A DNA stretch of 64,000 nucleotides, taken from assembly GCA_963726455.1 (NCBI GenBank), contig CAVSCK010000003.1:576001-640000 (forward strand). The letters are read 5' to 3'. The translations under genes and the position numbers were made by a program. Under the pieces are notes generated by a model. It did not search any database. It had not been told where the DNA came from and saw only the letters and a list, made by a program, of their open reading frames with translations. Below are positions 39,987 to 53,361 of the stretch, piece by piece (the stretch's first letter is position 1; the number at the start of each line of letters is the position of its first letter). Source of the stretch: an uncultured bacterium (GTDB lineage Bacteria; Zixibacteria; MSB-5A5; CAIYYT01).

Positions 39987-42267
39987 TCAGGTACGCAGCA
40001 GGTACTGCAATTTGAGAAAATACTGGTGTCCGGTCTTCGTCCAGTTATTAAGGAGACCACTTCTCCCTTCCGGCTGTTGGAATCCACGCGTGGCGCCGAA
40101 ATAGAAGATCGTGAAGGGGTTCAGTTTGTAGCTTAGCAGCGGTTCGAGCGACATACTGCGGTTGAAGTTGTCATACTGAACTACCAAACGCAGAAACCAT
40201 TCGCGCGAGAATTGATAGTTGATGCGCGTCCGCGTGACGTACCCGCTGTAGATCTCCGTGCCATCGGGATAATCCAATTTCTCATAAGCGTATTCCGGAC
40301 TGATCACCAGACTCCGCCAAAAGCGCAGAGACGCCGCGGCCGAGAAACTGGTGGCACGTCCCAACACCGGCACTTCAATATTGCGGGCGATAAGTCGACC
40401 ATGCATCAGGAATAAGTCAACTGTTACGGGCTTCGCAGGGCTACTTTCTATGTTTAGTGTCCAGCGCTCAATACCAGGCAAATAGACGTTCCGATATGTC
40501 TCACTGCTCCACAGGTAACTGACCTCCACCATTGTCTGCCGCTTGAACAACACATTGAGTTGCGGCATCAGCCATTCATCTTTACGTGGACCGGCAAAAT
40601 TCCAGACGCGCCCGACATACATCGATGGCGAGATTTCGTCGATCAGTTTCGTGTTGGGGCGGAAATACAGGCCGTTCCAGATTTCTGCCTGTCGCCGGTC
40701 GTTACGCTCCAGGTATCCGTTATCGACTCTGAAAGTCGGACTCAACTCGTCATACGTGATCGAGCTGTTCCACAGTCTGGCATCGCGCATCAGGGCCAGG
40801 TGCAGCGCATGACCCCAGTATGATTCGCCGTCGAAAGCCGAAGTATGCCGACCGCGCTCGAAGGTGGCCGAATTGAGGCCCTCCGTCATCATCGTATCAT
40901 TCGGCTCGGCCGTACGGCTCCCCAGCAGTCCAACGGCGAAACGGTAATTTGTCAGAAACCGCAGCGAGGCATCTACTCCAATGTCACTTCCTGCGCCGCC
41001 CGCATCCAGCCGTCGATCGGTGACGAGCGCACCGATGTATGAGTCATCCAGCAAGGTTTGCTTGACACGAACGATATTCGAGAAACTCTTGCCGACCTCC
41101 AATTGCACCGAGTGCTCTTCGAAAGGCATCACCAGCGGCGTGGTCCGATCGCGGGCGCCGATATATCCAATCGCGGTGCGGTTGATACGGCCGGTTAGTT
41201 TGGCGGCAGTCAATGGATCATTGATCGAACGCGTGTAGACGGCGTTGACGTACGTCTGAAAGAGATCGGCGCCTTCCTGAAAGAAGGGGCGCTTCTCCGG
41301 ATAATACAGTGCATACGGCGTGTTGACGTCGATCTGTGCGGCGTCGGATTCAATCTGGCTAAAATCGGGATTGTATGTAGCATCGGCCGTGAAATTCGAA
41401 GCCATCAAGTAGCGCAAATTCAGCGATGCCTCCGCCTTGATCGGATCACTTCTTCAGGCCCGATCCCAGATCATAGGGATCGCGCAATTGCGTTGTTTGA
41501 TAAGATATCAGTGAAGGCAGGATTTCGTATTTGCCGGCTGGCTTGGCGTCTGCCATTCCTCTGAGAGTACCCCACTGGCATAAGTTGCAGGGAACATCGC
41601 GATTAATGGCCGCCCAACTGTACCGCTCGCGACTTGATCGTGGACGATTGCGCCAGAAGTTGGCTTTCCATTCCTGGATTGACTTGTTGGGAAACCGCAG
41701 ACTAGCGAAAGGAATTGCCACCTCGACCTGGTAGCCGGTATCAGTCACTTTCCCTTTGGAATAGAAGACAATGTCGAATTGCCCATCTTCCTGCCCATCA
41801 GTCGTCAATTTCACGTCACCCTGGCAGCCGAGCGGGTTGACAAATATCTCATAAGCCCACGAGGCGTCACCATAAGTGTCTAACAGGATACCAACATAGT
41901 CGTCAGAAAATATTTCATCGCGATCGCGCATGGTGGCGCGAACAGCCGCCGAATCGTCTGAACAAATGAAACCGAGATAGAAATTATCGTTATCATAGGT
42001 CACCAGCACTTCCGTTTCGACCGGCGGCTTGGTGCGATCGCCTGGGCTGGTTTCCGAAAAATTGGTGGCCTTGGCAGCATCCCGCCAGCCCGCGTCGTCA
42101 AAGTCGCCGTCGATCTTGATCGGGCCGGAGGCACGATTTATCATTAACTGTGGTTTATCGTTGGGAACAAAAGCAGTCTGCGCGCTGGCAGAGTTAGTCT
42201 GGCTTACAATGACGAGCGATACCAGAATATTCAGAAGGCGGAGCAAGTCGTTCTTACCAAGGTGCAT
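39987..42267 (-). CDS. CBM9-like plus DUF5916-type outer-membrane protein; frameshift near 41440
   Basis: IKIDGDFDDAGW, YQVEVAIPFASLRF; NPDFSQIESDA...PEKRPFFQEG; terminal FLKLQYL. Confidence 0.8.
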
Positions 42268-42381
42268 CTTATATCCAACTACGGCGAAATATAATCAATG
42301 GTTTCCGAGAATGCACGTGTTCTCTTAGTCCGGCGAAATCTCGCAGGTTTAAAGGAAATGACGTCAATCGACACAAACTGC

Positions 42382-42416
42382 AAAAAATAAACGAGCGGGC
42401 CGAAGGCCCGCTCGTT
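42382..42416 (-). terminator. Intrinsic terminator
   Basis: AACGAGCGGGCC-gaa-GGCCCGCTCGTT with a T-tract on the minus strand. Confidence 0.8.
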
Positions 42417-42449
42417 CGATTCCGTTGGAGATGGAGAAGGTTCGCTTTT

Positions 42450-43759
42450 CTAGAGTCTCTCGATCTTGTTGCGATTAGTCTTGACACGCTTGGTGGCGTT
42501 GCGTGTGTCGAAGATAAGCTTCGCATGCTTGGCAATCGTGGCGTAGTCGTAGCAACTGTGATCGGTCAGGATCACTACCAAATCGGCCGCTCTGAGCAAG
42601 GCCGGTGTCAGATTGGTCGAGTGCAAGTCCTTCTCGCCTTCTTCCATCTTGATCAGCGGCGCGTAGGGATCATTATATTGCACTTTGGCGCCCTGCTTCT
42701 GCAGTAGTCGGATGCAGTCGATGGCCGGCGATTCCCTCAAGTCGGAAATGTCGCGCTTGTATGCAACTCCCAGCACGACGATGCGCGAGCCCTTGATATG
42801 TTTCTGATGTTTGTTCATCAGTCGCGTGACTCGTTCAAGCACGTATTCCGGCATGTGCGAGTTGATATCTCCCGCTAATTCAATAAAGCGCGAGTAATAA
42901 TTCAGACTCTTCAGTTTCCATGACAAATAATGTGGGTCAATTGGAATGCAATGTCCTCCCAGACCGGGACCGGGGTAAAACGGCATAAAGCCGAACGGTT
43001 TGCTCGACGCCGCGTCGATAATCTCCCAGACATTGATCTTCAGACGGTCGCACATCAGCGCCACTTCGTTGACCAAGCCGATATTGACCGAACGAAAAGT
43101 GTTCTCCAGCAGTTTAACCATCTCGGCGGCCTGGGTAGAACTGACCAAATGAACATCACTGATTGCTTGTTCGTAAAACAGCTTGGCCATTTTCAGGCAT
43201 TTCGGAGTATGCCCTCCGACGACGCGCGGAGTATTCTTGGTGCCGTACTTGGCGTTTCCCGGGTCGACGCGTTCGGGACTGAACGCCAGGTAGAAATCCT
43301 TGCCGGTCTTCAAACCCGTTTTCTCCAAGATTGGCAGGATCAACTCTTCCGTCGTTCCGGGATATGTTGTCGACTCAAGAATGACGAGCATTTCCTTGTG
43401 GACATACTTCTGCAATTCCTCGACGGCTCTCAGGATGAACGAGACATCAGGGTCCTTGGTTTTCGACAGCGGGGTCGGCACGCAAATAGCCGCTACGTCA
43501 CACTGTTTCAGCAACGAGAAGTCAGACGTTGCCTTCAGGAGCTTCTTGTTGATGGCATTCTTCACCTGAGCACTGGAGACATCACCGATGTCAGACTTGC
43601 CGGAGTTGACCAGCTTGATTTTCTTTTCCGAAATCTCGAATCCGATGCAGCGAAATCCTTTCGCGCAAAACTCGATCGCCAACGGCAGCCCGACATAGCC
43701 GAGCCCGAAAATACCGATTACGGCACTGTGATTATTCAATTTGTCAGCTAATGTATGTT

Positions 43760-43763
<4 letters not shown>
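42450..43763 (-). CDS. Nucleotide-sugar dehydrogenase (UDP-GlcNAc 6-dehydrogenase, WbpA-like)
   Basis: GLGYVGLPLA, ICVPTP, FSPERVDPG, KLLENTFR, GLGGHCIPIDP. Confidence 0.9.
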
Positions 43764-45723
<1,960 letters not shown>

Positions 45724-45799
45724 TCAAGCTTTTGACACAATCGCTTGCTCGGCCATTTTGCCTTGTCGCCGTCGGCTTCAATCGTTATATACCCTCCCT

Positions 45800-46201
45800 A
45801 TGTTTAAGTTCGGTAAAAACCTGCTCTATTATAAGGCGCCGCCGGTGCTATATGCGGCGCTCATCATCTACGTTTCAACAATGTCGCAGGTAGCGCCTCC
45901 TGATCTCGGCGTCACCTGGACCGACAAGATCTATCACTTCGGTGAGTACTTCGTGTACGCACTGCTGATCTTCCGCGCCTTTCCCAGTGTGCGCAACTCG
46001 CCCAGGAAGGCGCTCTATTACACGCTGCTATTTACCTTCGGGCTTGCCTACGGCGGCATCGATGAACGCGTGCAGTACTACATCCCCGGCCGCGACTCCT
46101 CAGTTTTCGACTGGATGGCCGACGCCGTCGGTTATCTCGTCGGAGGAACGTTGTTTGTGTTGTGGAGACATCGCTGGGCGCGCCGCACCAATTCTATTTG
46201 A
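45800..46201 (+). CDS. VanZ family membrane protein
   Basis: DKIYHFGEY, DERVQYYIPGRDSSVFDWMAD. Confidence 0.85.
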   Translation: MFKFGKNLLYYKAPPVLYAALIIYVSTMSQVAPPDLGVTWTDKIYHFGEYFVYALLIFRAFPSVRNSPRKALYYTLLFTFGLAYGGIDERVQYYIPGRDSSVFDWMADAVGYLVGGTLFVLWRHRWARRTNSI

Positions 46202-46233
46202 CAATCATTCTCCTGCCGATAACTTAAGCCGTT

Positions 46234-47484
46234 ATGAAATATCAGCGCATCAAGGGCACGGTTGACATTCTGCCCGGTGAATCCGGGAAATGGATCTTTC
46301 TCGAAGAAATCATCCGTGGCGTCATGGCGCGATTCAACTACAAAGAAATTCGCGTACCCGTTTTCGAGATGACCGAACTGTTCGCGCGCGGGATAGGTGA
46401 AGCAACGGACATCGTCAACAAGGAGATGTACACCTTCTCCGACATGGGCGGCCGCAGTGTTACGCTCCGGCCTGAAGCTACGGCGTCGGTAGTCCGCGCC
46501 TTCATCGAGGAATCACTCGGCAAGAAAGCGCCGCTTACGAAAGTCTACTATATCGGGCCGATGTTTCGTCAGGAAAAACCTCAGAAAGGACGCCAGCGCC
46601 AGTTCTATCAATTCGGCGCGGAAGCAATCGGCTCCTCCGATCCGCGCATTGATGCCGAGATCATCGCAGTGAGCGTGCAGGTACTGCGCGACTGTGGCAT
46701 CGACAAGTTTTCCGTTGCGCTGAATTCCGTCGCCACCCCACAGGTGCGCGCCAAACATCGCGAGAAGTTGCTGGAATTTGTCAAGCCGATCACCGAACAA
46801 TTCCCCGAAGTCGACCGCGACAAGATTGGCCGCAATCCTTTGCGACTATTTGATAGCAAACTTGAAATCACCCAGAAACTACTCGTAGGCGCACCGCTGC
46901 TTGAGCAGTTCTATGATGACGATGTCCGCCGTGACTTTGACATCGTGAAGGAAACACTGACTCAGCTTGGCATCCCGTTTACTCTCGATCCGCGGCTGGT
47001 GCGCGGATTGGATTATTACACCAGGACTGCGTTCGAAGTCAGATCGTCGCTGCTCGGTGCACAGGATGCACTTTCAGGCGGAGGACGTTACGATCTTCTG
47101 ATTGAGGAACTCGGCGGCTATTCGACACCCGCAGTCGGTTTTGCGGCGGGAATGGAACGAGCCTTGCTCGCGATGGATGCCGTCGGCTTGAAGGGATACG
47201 AGGAACCGCCCCTGGATATTTTCATCATTGCCGAATCTGATACGGAACGGAAGCAGGCGCTCACGCTCGCACAGAAGTTACGTGAATCGGGCAGGACGGT
47301 TGACCTCGACTATCTCGGTCGCTCGCAAAAAGCGCAGATGAAAGAGGCCTCGCGCCAGAACGCGCGTTTTGCGTTGTTCGTTTTCGCAGACGATATCCCC
47401 GGCGGCAAATTCCAATTCAAGAATCTTTCAACCGGCGATCAGCAGAAGCTATCTATCGACGAGATCCTGCTCCCCATCGCGTAG
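46234..47484 (+). CDS. hisS: Histidyl-tRNA synthetase
   Basis: LRPEATA, FRQEKPQKGRQRQFYQ, LVRGLDYY, GGGRYD, GFAAGMER. Confidence 0.97.
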   Translation: MKYQRIKGTVDILPGESGKWIFLEEIIRGVMARFNYKEIRVPVFEMTELFARGIGEATDIVNKEMYTFSDMGGRSVTLRPEATASVVRAFIEESLGKKAPLTKVYYIGPMFRQEKPQKGRQRQFYQFGAEAIGSSDPRIDAEIIAVSVQVLRDCGIDKFSVALNSVATPQVRAKHREKLLEFVKPITEQFPEVDRDKIGRNPLRLFDSKLEITQKLLVGAPLLEQFYDDDVRRDFDIVKETLTQLGIPFTLDPRLVRGLDYYTRTAFEVRSSLLGAQDALSGGGRYDLLIEELGGYSTPAVGFAAGMERALLAMDAVGLKGYEEPPLDIFIIAESDTERKQALTLAQKLRESGRTVDLDYLGRSQKAQMKEASRQNARFALFVFADDIPGGKFQFKNLSTGDQQKLSIDEILLPIA

Positions 47485-47527
47485 TCTAGCCCCTTGTGGG
47501 AGTCATTCCATCAAAATGCGACAATAA

Positions 47528-47560
47528 CAAAATCGGGGATCGATTTTCACCGATCCCCGC
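47528..47560. terminator. Hairpin between convergent hisS and the RRM gene
   Basis: CGGGGATCG-loop-CGATCCCCG preceded by an A-tract. Confidence 0.65.
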
Positions 47561-47602
47561 GTGATCTTCAAACTTATGCCCTTTCAGGCATTTGTCATTC
47601 GA

Positions 47603-47935
47603 CTACCAGCCGCGACGTCCGCCGCCACCACCGCCACCGGGGCGTCCACCACCGGGACGACCACCGCCACCGCCACCTCCACCCGGGCGATTTTCGCGCG
47701 GGCGAGCTTCGCTAACGTTCAACGTACGACCCTGCAGTTCCTTGCCGTTCATGCCGCTGAGCGCAGCCATGGCTTCGGTCTTGTTGGCCATCTCCACGAA
47801 TCCAAAACCCTTGGACTCACCACTGAATCTGTCAGTGATGACCGTGGCCTTGGTGACCGCGCCGAATGCTTCAAAAGCCTGGCGAAGGTCTTCTTCTGTC
47901 GTTTCACGCGACAGATTGCCGACGTAGATGTTCAT
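47603..47935 (-). CDS. RRM RNA-binding protein with Gly/Arg tail
   Basis: MNIYVGNL (RNP2), KGFGFVEM (RNP1), GGGR tail. Confidence 0.95.
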   Translation of the reverse strand: MNIYVGNLSRETTEEDLRQAFEAFGAVTKATVITDRFSGESKGFGFVEMANKTEAMAALSGMNGKELQGRTLNVSEARPRENRPGGGGGGGGRPGGGRPGGGGGGGRRGW

Positions 47936-48221
47936 TCTACTCTCCTAAGTTGTCCGCCACTTACAGAATACACCTGTGACCCGGCAAGGAACGGACCAGT
48001 TGATGCGCACCATTGCGCCTATTTCCGTATTAATTCTTTTGCTGAGATTAATGCTTACCTGCAAACCCTACTTAAGCTAAAGGAGCTTCATTGACCTGCC
48101 CAATATACGCAATTCAATACTATGCGACCAAATTATTTTTGGAGATTTCGGACTTTCTTCCCCAATAATGCCATGTTGCCCACACGTTTCTGACCGCCGC
48201 CTGATTCGCACGGCACAAACT

Positions 48222-49682
48222 TCAGCACCCTCCACACGGCGGCAGGCCACCGGAAAAAATATACGCGATCAGGTACACTGCATCGGAAATATCAACAGCA
48301 GCGTCGCAAGAAGCATCACCCGCCGTAACGGGATCGGGTCCCGGACCTCCGGAGAAGATGTACGCGATGAGATAGACCACATCAGAAATATCGATGGCAC
48401 CGTCGCCGTTGGCGTCTCCGCGCTTGAGCGAGCTCGTGGTGCCGCTGATGAACTGCGCCCAGCTTGTCGTGGAGGCAATGGGCAACTGCCAGTAATGCGC
48501 GTTGTATTGTGACGTCTCATAAGGATAGTAAATCGCGATGCCGTGCGACCAGGAATAGTCGGGCGCGGCCGAATATCGATTATGCGTGACCGCATTACCA
48601 ACCGCCGCCATGACTTCGCCGGCTGACACGTGCAGATCATACGGGAAATACGCACTTGTATAGATCACCTCGGCGAAACGATACAGATCGGTGTGTTCCA
48701 TATAAAGATAAGATTGATTCGAAGTAATTAGATCCCAGCGAAGGTTGTAGATGTACTGCTTTAACGTCGGATTTTCCGAAGCAGCTCGCAGCTTGCAGGC
48801 AAAATTGCTGACGGCCGTTGTGACCCCGCCGACGCGGGAGAGATCGACACACGACATAGTGTTGAGCGTGCTGCCGTCGATGGAGGCATTGGCAACCGCG
48901 GCTCCAAGTTGCGGCGCCGTCATTGCCGGATTGCTGTTTAGCGCCTGCACGTACAATGTATGATTCCAACCCTCCAGGTATTCGGCCTCCTCCGAGCCGA
49001 CCAGATAGTCAGCATAGTGCGAGGAAATATCCTGAACTTCCCACATCTGCATCAGGCAGGCGTCAAAACCGAGCAGGTCGATCTTCCGGCCCAGATGATT
49101 CGTGATTGCGCTCAACGCAGTTGCATACTCACCGTTGGCAACGCCTATCTGGTTACTGTCGGGAGTGCTCTGGTCGACACCGAACCCCTTGAACAGCGGT
49201 TCGCGGGACGGCGTGCGTTTGTACCAGCCGTCGCCATGATTCCACGCGAACACCGCATACCGTCGCGCCGGAAAATTATCAACGCCCCAGTTTACGAAAT
49301 CGATCAGAGTTTGCGGATCGCCCATGTCGAGTTCACCGAGTGGCGGCAACGTATCGAGGCGGATTGAATTGATGAGGTTCGGATCAGTATCATGTGTGAC
49401 ATAGTAGCGTCGCGTGTCGCTCCAGTTGCCGTCGCTGTTATCATATGCGGGATGGCGGTCAAATTGGACGACCACGTTAACCTGCGGCGAGGAGCCGGCC
49501 ACCTCCATCTCGTTGAAATCGACAAGCGCCCAGTGCTCGAGATCGTTGTCGGCTGCCAGGTAGACCAGCACGGTCCACGCCGCCGTATCAGTGGAGTTGG
49601 GCTGCATACGCCCGTTTTCCGCGATTGCGGATGCACAAAGAAGCGACGACAGAATCACGAAGGCGGCCAGTCTGGATATCAT
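48222..49682 (-). CDS. Clostripain (C11) family peptidase with C-terminal dockerin
   Basis: WTVLVYLAADNDLE, WNHGDGW, GFDACLM, GSEE; GDANGDGAIDISDVVYLIAYIF duplicated. Confidence 0.9.
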   Translation of the reverse strand: MISRLAAFVILSSLLCASAIAENGRMQPNSTDTAAWTVLVYLAADNDLEHWALVDFNEMEVAGSSPQVNVVVQFDRHPAYDNSDGNWSDTRRYYVTHDTDPNLINSIRLDTLPPLGELDMGDPQTLIDFVNWGVDNFPARRYAVFAWNHGDGWYKRTPSREPLFKGFGVDQSTPDSNQIGVANGEYATALSAITNHLGRKIDLLGFDACLMQMWEVQDISSHYADYLVGSEEAEYLEGWNHTLYVQALNSNPAMTAPQLGAAVANASIDGSTLNTMSCVDLSRVGGVTTAVSNFACKLRAASENPTLKQYIYNLRWDLITSNQSYLYMEHTDLYRFAEVIYTSAYFPYDLHVSAGEVMAAVGNAVTHNRYSAAPDYSWSHGIAIYYPYETSQYNAHYWQLPIASTTSWAQFISGTTSSLKRGDANGDGAIDISDVVYLIAYIFSGGPGPDPVTAGDASCDAAVDISDAVYLIAYIFSGGLPPCGGC

Positions 49683-49885
49683 CTGAGACTCCCGGATAAG
49701 ATCCTATCAATATCTTAGTATTGTTTTCGATGCGATGCTAACGTAACCAATTGTGTCCGGAATGTCAAGAACTAACTCCGACCGAGATCGGCCGCTACTG
49801 ATTGTTCGTCGGCCACAAAAACAGAAGCCCAACCAGTCGGTCGGGCTTCCACACGAGTCTGTCTTGCGTAATTGTCGGGAATCGC

Positions 49886-50179
49886 TTAGAAATTGACGAA
49901 GAAATCCCAGTTGGCGCAGATTTCACGCGCCTTGCCGACCGGAGTATACGGATCGTCGCTGATCTTCGTGACGAAATTCTGATCGGCGCTGCAGACGGTG
50001 ATCATCGGGCTATGACCCGGAGCGAGGCCGTCCTCGGGAACGCGATAAAGCCAGCCGGACTGATGGCAATAGTAGCAGCCGGGCTCGTTCATCTCGTTAA
50101 ACGGAACGGTGACGTTCTTGCGGGTTGTCTTGGTCGTGTCAAAATTTGCCTGATAGGTGCCTGTGCGTCTTCCTGCCAT
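49886..50179 (-). CDS. Hypothetical small cytoplasmic protein
   Basis: 97 aa with GGAG RBS and its own downstream hairpin (49816-49849). Confidence 0.65.
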   Translation of the reverse strand: MAGRRTGTYQANFDTTKTTRKNVTVPFNEMNEPGCYYCHQSGWLYRVPEDGLAPGHSPMITVCSADQNFVTKISDDPYTPVGKAREICANWDFFVNF

Positions 50180-50378
50180 ATTTCCTCCACTTAGGATTCA
50201 GTAGTTAACAGTATCTGTGTGTCGAACGAATGACAGCACTCGTGTAGTCAACTATCGGCAGGAATGGAAATAATCTTGACGGAAAAGGTGGGATATGATG
50301 AATTTTGTATGAACGGCGGGGAGGGGCGGGTGTTTCAAGAAGAAGTATTAAGGCTGCGGGAGTGGCCCAATCCCCTGG

Positions 50379-51411
50379 TTAGAGCAAGAAATGGATTTCT
50401 GGCTCTAGTGTCTTGGGACAATGTAGCTTGTCGCCGTCCCCGTCCCAAGCAATCAGGATTTGTCTGTCAGAAATCAAATAGTCAGCCATCCATGAGAGAT
50501 CACGTGTGAGCGGGTTTTCCAATAGCAGAACCAGCTTCGCGTACGGCGCATTTTGAAGATAGCGGTACTCGTAAAGTTGCGAAATGCCGCGCCTAATCTG
50601 GTCACGCAGATTGTCCTCGGTTGTGGATTTGACCTCGAACAAGTAATGATTGGCGTCGATCGTCGCTGCAGAGATCAACTAACTTATTGCTTTTTGGCAC
50701 GCCTCCGGCATTCCGCACTCGAGCAGCAACAAGATTCGTCAGTCTCCGATGAGATTCAGTAGCCCTTTCACGAGCAACGTTATCAATAGTGAAAGTTATG
50801 AATTCCAGGGCCTTCTCCGCACGAAATGCCACTTCCATGTAGTCTTTCAGGTCGTACCGAGTAGGCACGAGAGGTTCTTCCACTGACTCGTAGGAAATGA
50901 CCTCTGCTGGTAAGTCTGAGAAATTGGCATAGTATTTTCGTTCAACCTCTGTAACCAAATTTGCGTACTTCAACCATGCGATGATTGTGGAAGTGCGACG
51001 TCCAATCATGGAATTCGTCGTATCGGTGGTGGCTCTCAGAAACTCCTCCAGTTGGGCACGCGAACAGCCGGCATCTTTGTTTCGCTCGAGAAACGGCAGA
51101 AGCCGTTGAAAGAGTTGATTCTGTAGCAAGGCCTTGCTGATAAGTGAGAGATACTCGCCGCCTTTCGCTTTCGCTATTGCGGAGCCAAGAGGAGTGAGAA
51201 TCGATTCGTTTCGCTTGACCCCTTTTGCAACAATCCCGAGGTTCTCGGCTGCCTTGCGATAATATCTTCCCTGCCGTTCAACCGTCCCGATTTCGCGAGC
51301 AATTGCCTGATAGGTCACTTTACCTTTCGATACGGCGCGAGCAACACCTACCACTTTCTCCAGCGTATCCGCCTGAGAAATCTCGCTCGTGTCAAGCTTA
51401 ATTTCGGCCAT
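50379..51411 (-). CDS. Putative restriction endonuclease (PD-(D/E)XK C-domain); frameshift near 50670
   Basis: Rejoined: SHRRL...SNKLVDLAATIDANHYLFEVKS...QIRRGISQLYEY; last gene of a cassette with two MTases. Confidence 0.7.
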
Positions 51412-51413
51412 TC

Positions 51414-52466
51414 CTACCTCGCCACAAAAAGATATTCTGTAACGTCGTTATTATTGTCGCCAACCTTATGGCGGTGGTTACCGAAACTATACTTGTGTGG
51501 CGTTTCAAACACAACAACGTTCTTCTTGAATTGGCGAAGAATCGCAACCATATCATCCCGATTCGGTATTCCGTTAGAACTGTAGGAAACTACAAGAATG
51601 CTCTTCCTGAAGTGTCTAAACAATCGTAGGAAAGCCGATCTTACGGTAGTCGGAGTACTAAAATCCGTTTGATAAGAGCGAAACTTTTTCGTGGTTGTTC
51701 CGGCCTGAATTTCGAGATCTTTCCAGTAAGTGCATAGGCCTTCGACAAAGTGATACCTGCGGGTATAATCGCAATCAGAGTGTTTCGAAACGTATGGCGT
51801 GTCAATATAGACCAGATCAATGTCGTTCGTCACCGTATCAAACACGTCGAGACATGTGGCGCTGTTTCGCTTCCCATTTGTGAACACTGCGCCGTTGAAG
51901 AGGTCGACCGCGTCAAGGAATTGTTGTCTCATGGTGAGTTTAAGATCGCGCCGACCATCCCACCCCTTGTGACCGGTGAAAGTGAAAATGCCCCTGGGGC
52001 GCTTTTTCATACATGCGCGGCACAATGCTGCCAGGGCAATTGATCTGCTGTTTCGGCCAGGTAATTTATCGATATTTGTCCGCACGTTATCGATAAACTC
52101 GCAGTCCTCTTCACTGAAAAACACATCGACATAATTTCGCCTGACAAAGTCACCGGCCTGCCTATTCTGTTTCAGGAGAAGGGCCACGTCGTTCGGCGAT
52201 AAGAAAATGGTATTATTTTGGATTGTCGCTGCTGCTATGTGATAGGCGAACTTGAGAAAATCGTTGGCCACTACTCTCTTGTTGCGGAGCTTCATGGCGT
52301 AACTCACGCAAGCGGAACCGCTGAAAGCATCCATTACCGAATCGAATTCGATTCGGTCAAGTGATCGCATAATGAACGGGAGAAGCGCCTGCTTGCTTCC
52401 CATGTACTTAGTACTAGGAAATGATGGAGCTAGAATCGAATTCGTAGTTTGCAATAAGTAATTCAC
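51414..52466 (-). CDS. DNA adenine methyltransferase (D12 class, FokI-like)
   Basis: KYMGSK, DAFSGSACVS, DLVYIDTPY, YHFVEGL, VSYSSNG. Confidence 0.85.
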   Translation of the reverse strand: MNYLLQTTNSILAPSFPSTKYMGSKQALLPFIMRSLDRIEFDSVMDAFSGSACVSYAMKLRNKRVVANDFLKFAYHIAAATIQNNTIFLSPNDVALLLKQNRQAGDFVRRNYVDVFFSEEDCEFIDNVRTNIDKLPGRNSRSIALAALCRACMKKRPRGIFTFTGHKGWDGRRDLKLTMRQQFLDAVDLFNGAVFTNGKRNSATCLDVFDTVTNDIDLVYIDTPYVSKHSDCDYTRRYHFVEGLCTYWKDLEIQAGTTTKKFRSYQTDFSTPTTVRSAFLRLFRHFRKSILVVSYSSNGIPNRDDMVAILRQFKKNVVVFETPHKYSFGNHRHKVGDNNNDVTEYLFVAR

Positions 52467-53301
52467 TAATCTTGCCCCTTCCAGTTGGTCTGCAATTTAT
52501 CTGCCTGCTGGCATCGACCACCAGATGATAATGTCCTTTATATAGGGACAAAATGTCCTCATGATAGGCGTTGCTCAACAACGCCAGCACTCCCACTTCG
52601 GCGAAATCATGAAAGAGTGCTGCCAGCCTTCGGTGGTCATTCACACTGAAGAATTCCTTCGTGTATCGCTTAAAATCAGAAAACTTGCCAACGGGCAGGT
52701 ACGGAGGATCCAAATAGACAAAATCGCCTCGCCGAAGAAACCTGGCTGTCTCTTCAAAATCGCCGCAAAATAAAACGGAATCCTTCAATAGTGTTGAAGC
52801 TGCGCGGACCTTCTTTAGGTCAATGATTTGCACGTCAGTCTTTCCGCAGAAGGGAGTATTGAACTCTCCGCGACGGTTGACTCGATGCAAACCATTGTAA
52901 CAGAGTTTGTTCAGATAGACGAACCTTGCGGCCCTGTCGATAGTACTTAGGCAAGCAGGAACACCTGCCCGGATCTCGTAGTAGGCATCCTTCGAGACCG
53001 GAAGGGACGTTGCAGCCTGGAAGAGTTCCTGAGGATAATCTCGCACAACTTCATAGAAGTTAATCAACTCGAAATTGCTATCAGCAACCACACTACCGGG
53101 CAGCGCGAGGTGCCAGAAAAATGCACCCCCACCCACAAAAAGTTCCGCGTACCGATTGAAAGCTCTTGGCATGGCTTTTTCGAGATGGGGAATGAGTTGC
53201 GACTTTCCGCCGGCCCACTTAAGCAGCGGCCTGACTCCGAAGCTCTTCACTTCTGCGTCAAGGCTAAGGAGACCTTGGGCTATGCACTCTTGGTTCATCA
53301 T
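52414..53301 (-). CDS. Dam-family DNA adenine methyltransferase
   Basis: LKWAGGKSQL, ELFVGGGA, YNGLHRVNRRGEFNTP, FVYLDPPY. Confidence 0.92.
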   Translation of the reverse strand: MMNQECIAQGLLSLDAEVKSFGVRPLLKWAGGKSQLIPHLEKAMPRAFNRYAELFVGGGAFFWHLALPGSVVADSNFELINFYEVVRDYPQELFQAATSLPVSKDAYYEIRAGVPACLSTIDRAARFVYLNKLCYNGLHRVNRRGEFNTPFCGKTDVQIIDLKKVRAASTLLKDSVLFCGDFEETARFLRRGDFVYLDPPYLPVGKFSDFKRYTKEFFSVNDHRRLAALFHDFAEVGVLALLSNAYHEDILSLYKGHYHLVVDASRQINCRPTGRGKISELLIANYEFDSSSIIS

Positions 53302-53361
53302 GCAGCATACAACCTTTGACCGGTCACTGTGTCAATCATTTTTCGCAATAAAGTTTCCCCC

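Noticed and set aside
45800-46201. Glycopeptide resistance gene
   Set aside because: VanZ-family proteins are widespread and no van cluster is present.
47592-48094. Pro-rich and Thr/Ala-rich plus-strand ORFs
   Set aside because: Antisense to the Gly-rich RRM gene.
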